Shown here in pieces: positions 23,801-34,600 of a DNA stretch of 64,000 nucleotides. Under the pieces are notes generated by a model, which saw only the letters and a program-made list of their open reading frames with translations, was not told the DNA's origin and made no database searches. A program made the position numbers and the translations under genes. Position 1 is the first letter of the stretch; every line of letters begins with the position of its first letter. Source of the DNA: Cyanophora paradoxa CCMP329 (Eukaryota; Plantae; Glaucophyta); the NCBI GenBank assembly GCA_004431415.1, contig QPMI01000477.1, positions 496,001 to 560,000 of the forward strand, given 5' to 3'.

Positions 23801-26590
23801 ACGTCGCCGTGATCGACGAGGCTCGTACCCCGGCTCGAATCCCCCCCCCTTCTCACTGCCCCACAGATTCAAATGATCGGAGACACTTTTCGGGGGTACG
23901 CCTGGACGCGCGCGTTCCAGGTACGTTCACTTCGCCCCCCCCCCCCCCCCCTCTTCACTCCCCATGCCCCCTTCTCGACTCTCCTCCTCCCAGGGGGTGG
24001 TGGCGCACGAGGTGCACGTGTGCGGGGACGGCTCGGCGGTGGGCCCTACCCCCCTGCTTCTTCTCTCTCCCCCACCTCCACCCCACATGGAACTGAGGGC
24101 GGACCGCAGGTGGAGCTTCTGCGCCGCCTCTGCGCCGTGCAGGTCGGCTCCGCCCGCTTCGCCCGCCCCGCCGATCAAATCGTCTTCGCGGCGAGAAGCC
24201 GCCGGCTCTCGCAGCTAGCGCTGGCCCGATCCCGCGCCCCCTGCCCGCTGAGCTGGCGCCGTACCCCCCGGGCGCAGGGGGACGAGCTCGAAGTCGTCAG
24301 CTACGATCGCCTGGCCCCCCTTGAGGTCCGCCGTACCCTCCTCATCGGTACCCCCCCCTTTGGCCCCGATGACGCCCCCACAGCCGCTGGGCAAGCCGGT
24401 GGAGAGTCTGCGGCAGATCCGCCCCGGGGACTGCGTCGTCGGTTAGCGCTGTACCCCCTTTCGATTCTCTCCTGTAATTAAATTTTAACTTGCTCTCCTT
24501 AGCCTTCTCTCGGCGCTCTATCTACGAGATCAAGCGCCAGATCGAGAAGCAGACCAAGTACAGGGTGCGAACGTAGCGTTTCCGTAGCGTTTCCGCACCC
24601 CGTACCCCCGCCGATCTGCCCTTTACCAGTGCTGCGTCGTTTACGGCCACCTACCGCCGGAGACGGTGCGCTGAAAGTCGCGTACCCCCTCGGCCCAGCG
24701 CCCTTAAACCCGCGCCGCAGAGGGCCCAGCAAGCGCGCCTGTTTAACGAGGAGGACACGGGGTACGACGTCCTCGTTGCATCCGGTACCCCCCTCCGCGA
24801 TCCTGTACCCCCTCGCCGCCTGCCCGAATCCGGTCCTGACGTGCCTTTCCCGGCCCGCAGACGCGATCGGAATGGCGCGCGTCGTCCCTCGGGCCCGCAA
24901 TTCGCGTACCCCTGCCCCTGGTGACTCCCGTACCCCCAGGGCCTGAACCTGCACATCAAGCGCGTCATCTTCAGCACCGTGCTCAAGTTCAACGGAGATG
25001 ACGCGCGTACCCATCTCTCCGCGCCGCTCGGTACCCGCTCTCTTACCCCCGCCCGCAGGTTGTGCAGGTCCCCGATACCCAGATCAAGCAGGCGGGTGTA
25101 CCCTTGCCCCTTCCAAACCTGCCACGCCGACCAACCGCCGCCGCAGATCGCCGGCCGTGCCGGCCGCTACGCGTCGCGGTACCCCACCGGCTTCGTCACC
25201 GCCATGCGGTACCCCCACCCGCCGACCCGTACCCCACTGGCGATCCCAGCCCCGTACCCCCAGGGACGAGGACCTCGACGTCGTGCACGCGGCCCTCCAG
25301 GCCCCCCTACCCCCCCTCCAGGTGTGCTCGTATACCCCCCTCGTGTACCCGCTCCCGCCCCCCCGACGCGTATCCCTGGCAGGCGGCGGGCCTGTTCCCC
25401 ACCTACGAGCAGCTCGAGCTCTTCGCATCCAGAGTACCCCCCTCCGCCTCCTTTGCCGACATCCTTGTACGCGTACCCTTCTCCCCCCCGTAGGTTCCGT
25501 ACCCCTTCGTTCCTGACCGCGTACCCCCCAGGTCGAGTTCGCCTCAGCCGCGCGGATCGACGGGCCTTACTTCATGACACGAGTCGACGACATGCAGGCC
25601 CGCAGCCGTACCCCTCCCCGCAGATCCTGTACCCCCTGACCGCCCGAGCAGGAGGTCGCCAAGCTGCTGGTCCCCGTCCGAGAACTGTCCCTGCGGGACC
25701 GGTACACCCTCTGCCTCGCGCCCGTCAAGGTACTGTACCCCCCTCCGCTCCGCTTTGCCCCCCCGGCTTCTACTCTACCCCTGAGCCCGCCCGCAGGTCC
25801 GGGAGCCTACGGCGGCATCGAATCTTGTGGACTACGCGAAGCAGGTCCGGACGCGTACCCCCTACCCCCTTCCGGCCGGTCGTGTACCCCCCAAACGATT
25901 CGTTTCGCGGCAGATCGCGAGGGGGGGTCCCGTCGCGCTGGGGTACCGCGCATGGGAGTTGCGGAAGCCGCGCACGGACGGCGAGGCACACGAGCTCGAG
26001 GTCCGCGGGTCGAATCCGAGCGGGGCGCCCCTTTTCCGAAGCGGCGCGGCGCAGGTGATCCACTCGGTGGTCGACATGTATCTCTGGCTCTCGTGCGCCC
26101 GGGCCCGACCCGCCTGCGCGTTCGAATCCGTGCGAGACCCTTTTCTGATGCCGGCTTCGCCCCCAGGCAGCGGATGGGCGACGCTGTACCCTTCTTGGAC
26201 GAGACGGAGGCTCACAGCGCGCGAGCTCGCTCCCTGGAGGTTAGCACGTACCCATCCCAGGGCGTCCGTGGGGTACAGATGCCAACGGGGGTACCGCAGC
26301 TGCTGGCGGGGTACCTGGCGCACGGCCCGCGGACGAGGGAGCTCGGCTCGGGCCCGGGGCTTGGGCGGGGCGGCTGGCGCAGCCGCGCCGCGGCGCGGGA
26401 CCGGGCGGGGCGGGGGTACGAGGCGGACTGGGAGGACGGGGAGGGGCCGCCGGTGCCTGCGGGCGGGCGGGAGGCGAGGCGGGCGACCCGGCGGGAGCGG
26501 AGGGAGCAGCGCGAGCGCGCCCTGGCGCAGCTGCAGGGCGGCCCCGCGAAGGAGAGGGCCGGCAGCGGCCGGCGGCGGCGGCGGAGGTAG
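20835..26590 (+). CDS. SUV3: Mitochondrial ATP-dependent RNA/DNA helicase SUV3 (SUPV3L1-like) with N-terminal AT-hook-like repeats; many introns
   Basis: Arg/Ala/Ser-rich presequence MRRASLWPWAARAH... Spliced helicase motifs: GPTNSGKTRAALEAL, GVYCGPLRLLARQ|IHEQLN..CDLLT, CTVEM, YDVAVIDE|IQMIG..RGYAWTRA, DAIGM|GLNLHIKRVIFST, IKQ|IAGRAGRY. Confidence 0.9.
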
Positions 26591-27194
26591 GCTCAGGTAG
26601 CGCGCTTAGCCTGATCGAGCTCATAATCTCAGCTTTAATTTGTCCAGCGGAGAAATTCAGCCTCATGATCAGGCCCTCAGGGCTGGGCGCCTGGCCATGG
26701 CCACTGGCCAGGCTGGGGCCAGCGCGAGCTCGCAATTTCCAGGGGGGGGGGGGACGCGGGGGTACATCCGTGCAACTCATTGCAAGCTCGAGGGCCGGCG
26801 GAGACCCGGCGCAGAGGCCAAGGCCTAGGGCCGTGAGCGCGAGCGTTACAGCTAGATCTGCAGCACAACTCCTCCCATACTTCCTCTGAGCATCCCTCCC
26901 CTTGCCTCGCCTTGCCCGGGTTGCCCCCTTGCCGGGCCTTGCGCACGCGAGGGCGCCCGCGAGGATTTGCCGTTCTCAGTGCTCCGCAGGAGCACGGATC
27001 TTGTTCCAGGACTCTGTCACTCTGTAACATGTGTGTTGAGATATTCGATTCCGGGAATGTTCCGGGAATATTCCTCAAAATTTTCTGGTCCGTTTTGATT
27101 GGGGCTGTAAAAATTTAACAGCCTTTGCAATTCATGATTGTCTCCGACTCGCTAGCTGTCGAGTCACTGAATTCCCGAATCCCGAGTTCTAGTA

Positions 27195-28055
27195 CTGTAA
27201 AACGAGAAATGTCCGGCAACACTTAATATTCGGCGCTTTTCGGCATTTTTGTTTTGGTGAATTACCGGCCACAGCCTCTAGACACCAGCACTGCGGGGGC
27301 TGCCCAGGGCCCGGGGGCCGGGCATATACTACAAAGAGAACGACTGAAATAAGAAAACCTAAGGCAAGAGCACTAAAAGCAACAAGACAAAGAGCCAAAA
27401 TCGACAGCAGAGGAAGAGAGTCCGAGAAGAGACGACGGACGAGAAAATCCGAGACGGAGATCGAGCTACAGAGTTAGAAGGCAAAGAAGAGGAAATAGAG
27501 AGACACGAGAAAGAGCTAGAACCAGCACCGAGATCTACAGTAGACGAAACCGACCAAGGAGGACAGAAGTGAGAAAGATATATATATATCACGGGAAGCA
27601 GGCAAGTAAGGGGAATAACAAGGCGATCACGAAGAGGATCCGGAGGCGGAGGAGAAGGAGCTCGAGGTAAAGGGGAACGGCGCGAAAGCGGACCAGGGGG
27701 ATCAAGAACATGCAAAAGGGCAGTCAAAGGGATCACAAAAGTCGGCCGAGGCGGGCAATCGAAATGCAAGCGACGGCGAACCACAGGCCGAGTACACGGA
27801 CTAACCCTAGAACCAGTACTAGTACTAGCGCTAGAATCAACACTACGAGCCTTTTCGGCATAGCCTCGCGGTGCCGAATATTTGAAACTGCCAGAATTGT
27901 GCAAATGTATGGCGAAAGATCTAGAGGGTTCGACGTACCCGCCGCCTAGGCGGACTGGCTGTTTTGCCGAAAATATGATGCCGATGAACCACATTTTCGG
28001 CGCATTTTAAGGTTTTGCCGAAATAAAGTGACGCCGGACATTTCTCGTTTTACAG
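27195..28055. mobile_element. Non-autonomous Tc1/mariner-type element (MITE), 861 bp, TA target-site duplication
   Basis: 23-bp perfect TIR CTGTAAAACGAGAAATGTCCGGC / GCCGGACATTTCTCGTTTTACAG, flanked by TA at 27193-94 and 28056-57. Subterminal TTCGGC/GCCGAA repeats. No transposase ORF. Confidence 0.9.
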
Positions 28056-28611
28056 TACTAGTTGACGAACTTGACGTCCGCGATATCGATTGAAATCCGC
28101 GATTATAAATAATTAATCAGGCCGGCAGCTTGATTTTTAGCTTTCGAATTCAGGCTCCGATCACCGCCGAATCGGCGCCGATCGCGATTCACTGGATCCG
28201 ATGATCGGCGTGAGTCCCGCGTGACGTCGGGTACTTGATCATGAAATGGAAAATTGGTCACCTGAGCTTGAAACTTGAAGGTCGTTTGGAACTTCGATCG
28301 AATTCAGCGCGATCGAGCTCGAAAGTTCACGCCTTCGAATTCCGGGTACCTATCGATCGGCAGCCTACCGCAGGCCGACGGCAGCAGCAGCAGCAGCGCG
28401 TGCCGCTCATGATCAGCGGCGCCCGCCGCCCGGCTCGCCTGGCTCGGCATGCGCAGCTGGCGCGCGCGCGCGCCGTACGTATACGCGTAGCCAGCCTGGC
28501 AGACTAGTACTCTAGTACTGCTTGTCGCAGTATGATCACACTGTGATCATGACAAGCACCGCCCCGGGGCCCTCAACGAGACGCGCGCGCTTTTGCCCCA
28601 GTATATGAGCA

Positions 28612-31600
28612 ATGAACGCGTACGCGTGCGGCCCGGATGCAGATTTAGATGCCGACGCAGGCGCCGCGGCCGCCACGTCGGCAGCCCTGGAGAGGCGCCA
28701 GCGGCTGCTCGCACCCACATTCCTCGTTTGGTGCGTGTTTCTGTCACGAACAGAATGGCAATGTTTGCGGCTCGCATTTGACCCAGCCCCGTGTTGCGGA
28801 TTCCGACCATGGCCTGCGCGCTCTCTCCCATTTCGCAGGGTCTCCTACCTCTTCTTTGCAGTCTCCTTTGCGCTTCAGAGGAGGGCGGGTTCCGTGCAAG
28901 CCGCGGCGCACTTTTCGGCGTTCTGGATGCCCCTTGCGGCCGCCCTGAACGCCGCGCTCTGCCTCAAATGGGTCCGCGGGGGCCGCGTCGTCCTTCCCTC
29001 GCTGGCATTCACGCTGCTTAACCTGGCCGTCGTCGGTGCGAGCCGTTCAAGATGACGCACGCTCGCCGTTTCGCGCTCGCCCGCGACCGTACGCGTTGTC
29101 GGATGGGAGGTATTCCCACCCGATTGGGCACCCGCGCAGTACTGCGCGGGGCCGGCTCCCTGTGCTGGAGCAGCTGTAGATGCAGGCTGGTGTATTCACT
29201 GTGTACCCGGAAGACTACTGACTCTGTACCCCTAAGACAGGTAGAGGCAGGCCAGCGTAGGCTACCGAGAGGTAAGCCTACAGGAAGAGAGACTATGCTA
29301 AGCCACTCAGGCTACGTCAGGCACCAACTAGCTCTAGTCACTAAGTCACCGCAAGGCCAGGGAATCGAGCCAGGCGACAACTCCTCTTCCGCTGACGTCG
29401 CGTCCGCGCGACGTAGCAAGTCAAACCGTGACTCTCGTCGGCATAACCGCAAGAGGGCGTCCCCAACTCCGCCGATGGGTGCACCGCTCGAGGGCACCGA
29501 CAGGCCCCAAGACGAGGAACCTGAGCCACAGCCCGAGGACAGGAATGCAGACAGCTGCAGGCCAGGTAGAAGGCCAGGTAGCTGTAGATCGATCCAGTCC
29601 AGGTCGTACGCTGGGCATGGCTGGTGGGGGGCAAATGCGTGCATGCGGCAAAGCTCGAAAGAGAAAAGCATAAAAACTCGAAAGGTGTAAACGCTGGCCC
29701 AAACTCACTCCAAACGGCGAGGGCCGCTGGAGAGTGGCACGGATGGGAAGTTTCACCGCCTCGGGAAGAAACCAGCGAGGAGGTATTCGGGCCACCCATC
29801 AAGCCCAACGAAAGGACAGGGCACGTCCAGGTGCCCCTACTCGCAAGCGCCCAGTCCCCCCAAGAGACTCGCACGCGCCCAGCAGGCCAACACCTGGACA
29901 CTCTCCACGAGCGCCGGGCCCATGTCCCAGAAAAGTGAACGAAAGACCCAGATGGCGCCCGCGAACGGTCCCCAACCGAATCGCGTCCCACCTCGCAAGT
30001 CAGGGTTGAGGCAAAGCTGGCAAAGAAATCTGCCCTGCGTCCGTCTCTTCTCATCTCTAGCGTCGCCCTCGGCGTCCCACACAGGAACCCTCGGCGCCGA
30101 CGTATGGGGCAAGGTATAGATTTGGTTCGGGACGTTTGGTTGGGAGTAGGGTCTGCTGAGGCTCGTAGGAGGTCCGTTTCGCACGTCAAGAAGACGGGAT
30201 TTGCGACTGCACATGCAGGCTTCCGATCCACAGCCAGCTGCAGCGTGCAGCTGCGTCGAGCGGAATATTTGAATCCGAGCTCAGACGGCGTTGGCGCAGC
30301 TGATGTGGATTTATGAAGCGTGCAGTCGACGTCGATGTGAGCGGCGACCTTGTATGCACTTGCACGTGCGTCTCGAGCTCGAGCTCGCGACCAGGTGCAC
30401 GCGATAAAGGTACGAGCCCTTGAGCCGCACATCATCGAAGAGTAGAAATGCTTCGACGATCCCGTGACTGCGTTGGCGCTCCTGTCGAGGTCGCGCAGCT
30501 TGCAGTGCAGGGTCCAATCCGCGCGGCTCCCGGTTCTGATCGCTGGGACCACAGGGTGCACAGCTCAGCAGCTGCACCCTCGTGGTTGGATCACGAGGCC
30601 GACGGGCGAGTTGCCGAGCTCAACGCCTCAGCTGATCGCGGGCGAGCAGCCCTTCGCGACTGTCGGTGGGAGCATGCAAGGTTGGAGCTCGTGAAGCATA
30701 CGCCAGGCCGTCAAGCACGCGCTACGGCGTGATCATGAGGGCTGCAGTGTACGCGTGTACGTAGAGCCGCGGCGCGGGATTCCCTGGAGGAGGTCCGGGT
30801 CCCTTGGCGGACGTACATCAGTGTACGCTGGTACTGGCGCTGTGTGTGGCCTGGGGCGAGAGATGGGGCGAGGACCCGAGACCGAGCCCTCGCGTTCGCG
30901 ACGTGCGTGACATCGCAGCGCTCAGCTGCTGGCGATGAAGCCAGGTGTCGACGCTCCAGCTAGACGCGGCCGTCAATCGAAGGCGCGCGTGCTGGCCGCG
31001 AATCCCATCAGTCGTTCCCTCGGCCTGGTCTTCCTGGGATCCGGCCGCAGCCAGGCTCGTTGGCGAGCTTGGCGGGTCATGATCACGGGAAGGGGTTCTG
31101 CAGCGATCCGCGAGACTGCATATTCGCGGTGCCGAGACCCTCGGATTTGCGACCGATTCGCCAGCCTTCGCCGTGGGCTCGTTTCGATCGCATCCCAATA
31201 CCAGGCGATCAGGCGAAGCTGACGAACGGCGAATCCTTCAGAGACTCAGATCTCTTGATCGGGGATCCGAATTCGTGTTCTGTGCGTAGCCGGACCGCGA
31301 CACGGCGTGCAGTCGGCTGCTGAGATCCGATTCCGATCCTTAGGAGGCCGCATCGGTGAGTAGTGCGAGCGAGTGCACTGGCCGTAGCTGGGCTCTCAAG
31401 CTCTGTCGAAACAGCACTTGCCAGTCCGTTCCGGACACGGTCACGGGCTGTGCACGTAACAACAGGGCCTGAGGGCCATCAGCCCCAGTAGCATCGCCAC
31501 CGATGGGTTTCCGAGGCGGAATGTGGTTCGCCAACGGCGAGACCTGGATCCCGGCGAGCCGCCGTGTGAGGAGACCTCAAGGCGGTTGGCTAGGTTAGAT

Positions 31601-34600
31601 TGCTTGTGCTCGATCAGCCTGCAGACGGCAGCGCGCGCTGGGGCGAACTGCTCCGCAGCAGGTCTAGGCGCGACGTCGACTGCATGCTCGAGTCTGATCA
31701 TGATCCCGACTCCTCTTCCGCTGAAGAGGGGAAGTCGGGGCGTGGCAGGCATACGCCGATCGAGGAGGGGCTCAGGCGTCGGGCCAAGAGGCAGCCTTCG
31801 GCTCGAGCGCTTGTGCGCGTACTCCTCTTCCGCTGAAGAGCGGAAGCCGTAGCACGGCAAACTGCCTCCGATGCCACTCCCTCTTCGGTTAAGCACCGTC
31901 CCCGGTGCTCCACCGTACGCGTCTTCCGCGAAAATTTGGGCACGCTGAGGCCGCTGGGCCCGGGGATCCGTGATTGGATCGGGACAGCATGGCCGTGGTG
32001 AAGAAATTCGCGAGTGTGGGTGGAAAGAACGGAGAGGCGTGATCGTACACGACCGTATCCGTCTTTCTTTCGTTGTATTCCATGGCGTCCCGGGCCGCTT
32101 TGCTCTCGATTCGGGCTCAATCGAGCTCGAGGGGCAAGCGTGAGCCGCGGGGCCAGAGCGAGGTTGAATGGATGCTGGCTTCGATTTGAATTGAGTTGTG
32201 GGCAACTGAGCAATTGCGTCGGCCGGCCACGATTGTGCCGGTCGCGAGTCAATCGCACTGCAGTGCTCGCCGTTCGAATTTCGCGATTCGATCGGACGCC
32301 AGTCGTGTCGAGCACGAGGGCATCGAGCCTCGGAGCTTCGAGTCTCGAGCGGTCGTCGATCAGCTCAAGGCCTGGGCCGAGCTTCCGAAACACGATTTTG
32401 CATATATAGCGCTCGGCTGTGTATGCTCGTGTCTGTTGGCCCGTGTTGCCGCTTTTCGCGGTTTTTAGGCCAGGCGCCGGGGCGCCATGCCAGCACCCAG
32501 ATTTATGGGAGCGGCCTCAGTGAATGAAGCTGGTGACGGTGGGTGCGCCACTGCCGGGAATAAGATCCCGGGTCGCCACCGCCCAGCGCGAAACGAATTT
32601 GACAGCTATGTCGAACTCGTTCGCTCGCAGGAGCGCCAGCTGCATGCAGCCGGGCCCGCGTGACTTGGTACGTGCAAACGTCCGATGGTCCGGGTTGCGG
32701 GCAGAATTTGAGAAAATCCGCGCCGCTGCTCGGGACGAGAGCCCGGCCGGCGGGTCGCCAGAGAAAATCGACGACTTTCGCCATGCTGGGCCTCGCGAAA
32801 TTTCGCGAGCCGAGAGGTACGAAATCGGCCGTGCGTGCGCGGTCCGACGGTCTGGCCTTCTCGAGCGGGCCGCGTACGCGTAGCCTACATCTCGGTTCCG
32901 AGCCGCGCGCGGCGTCGGGGCGGAATCGCGAGATCGAGGTCAACCGTCGGACTCGGGTGAGTCGCGAGAGCCGTGACCGCTTTAGTAAGCGTCAGAACCA
33001 GGCTCAGCGGCTGGTCTGAGGCTGAGGATGATGCATATGCTTGGCCGAAGGGCCGTGCAATGGCCGGGCCACTTGGCATGGCCACGCACACGTGGGCGCG
33101 AAATTAAATTGCCGCACTCTGGTGCTGCAAACTTTTCGTGGCGTCGCGAAGTGATTCGCATGCACAGATCTAGAGGGCCCGGGAAACGTCCGGCGCGAAG
33201 ATTGTGCACGCGGGCGCCCTCACGTCCGCTGGCGTGCGCCGTGACGGCCTCGCCACCGCAGCAGCCGGCCACGGGCGTGCACTGCGGCCGCCGGGCACAA
33301 GTGCGTGTGCAGGGCGCGGCTGCGCATGCCGTGGTATTGATGGCTGGGCGCCAGCCGCCGTACGTAGTGTAGCAGCACCACAGGGATCGGCAGGTGGGCG
33401 CCGCGGCGTGCAACCGACGCGATTGGTTCCCAGCTGCAGGAGCGGGACCGGTAGCGGCCGGTTGCAGGAGCCGTGCTCGTGCATACGAGCGTCAATATCG
33501 TGCCGACGATATCATGCACGATCGCAAGCGTTCCCTTAGCGGACCGGGGGCCGGGCCCCGGTGCTCTCGAGAGAACTGACGATAGAGCTCTCGCTCGCTG
33601 TCTCGCAGTGGGCCGTGGCGGCTTTTGAGAGAGCAGACGATGAAGCTCAGCGGCTTTTGCTCGCTGTCTCTCGTTGGCCGTGGCGGGTGTTCCGGAGTGT
33701 GAAGCCGGCAGATTCCACCAGCTAGGTGGGAACGGCTTTCCGAAAATTGGATACCGTACGCGTGGCTTGTGCACGGGCCAGCCACTAGGGCTCACTGCCG
33801 CGCCGATCGAGAACGGGCTGGGGATCATCGGATCCGGCGCCGCGCCCACGGTCCCGAATCATTGAATTCCGAATTCGAATTGCGATGCTTTCGAATTTGG
33901 GTGCCGCAGTGCGGTCGACAGGTTCGCTTTGCTCGGTAGCGAATTACGATTTCTGCAGCTCATGCAGTCTTCCCTGCCTCATTCTCTCTCCCACCGCATT
34001 TTAGCGGAAGGTCGAGGCATGAACGTGCCGCAAGGCGGGTTGGGCTGAAGGCCGCGTGCGCAGGCTTGGCGGCGAGCGGCCGTGCCGAGCTCGAGGCCTG
34101 GGCCTGCCGCCGTGCGGTTGCGTGTAAATTTCGCGGGCCGGGCTGCGAGCCCTGAAGGCTGCGCTACGGTGCGAAAAATGCCTGCAGCCAGCACCAGCTG
34201 CAGCATCGCTGGGTTTGGCGAAGTGGTGCACAGGTTCCGGCTCAGGGCGGCGGCAATGCTCTTTTCGAGCTAGCGCTGCCCTTGGCGGGCTGGCATCGCC
34301 AGCGCCGTTCTCGGAGTGCTCGCACGGATGTATGCCGCTGCAAATCGCGACCGTACATTCGATGGCTGGATCGGCGCTCTGTAGCACGGCGCTCCATTAC
34401 AGCGCCTCATCAGCGCTCGCCGAGCGGCGTGCCGGCGTTGGCAGAGAGAGCCGGGCGCTGTTCAGCGCAGCCGATCGTCCGTTCGCGATCGCGAGTCGTC
34501 GTCGTTTCGCGAGTCGGTCCGGGGCCACGGGGCCGTGTGCGCAGCCTTTTTGAGAAAGCTACCGCATAAGTGCTCAGGCTTCGAATTTTTCGCGGCGCTC

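Noticed and set aside
29097-29160. 5S rRNA-like words (AGTACT...TGGGAATACC) in the LTR, as in Cassandra elements
   Set aside because: Only two short words match, with wrong spacing, and both are explained by local hairpins.
29097-29379. Hammerhead ribozyme (retrozyme) in the LTR
   Set aside because: No CTGANGA...GAAA core was found on either strand of the LTR.
32544-32577. tRNA-Asp-like 3' half on the minus strand (GGCGACCCGGG-ATCTTATT-CCCGGCAGTGGCGCA), complementary to the element's own PBS over 10 nt, suggesting a self-encoded primer
   Set aside because: The T-loop is non-canonical and there is no matching 5' half. The same bases read as the integrase tail DL.P.QWRTH just after the GPY motif, so coincidence is more likely. 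An Infernal/tRNAscan hit would reopen it.
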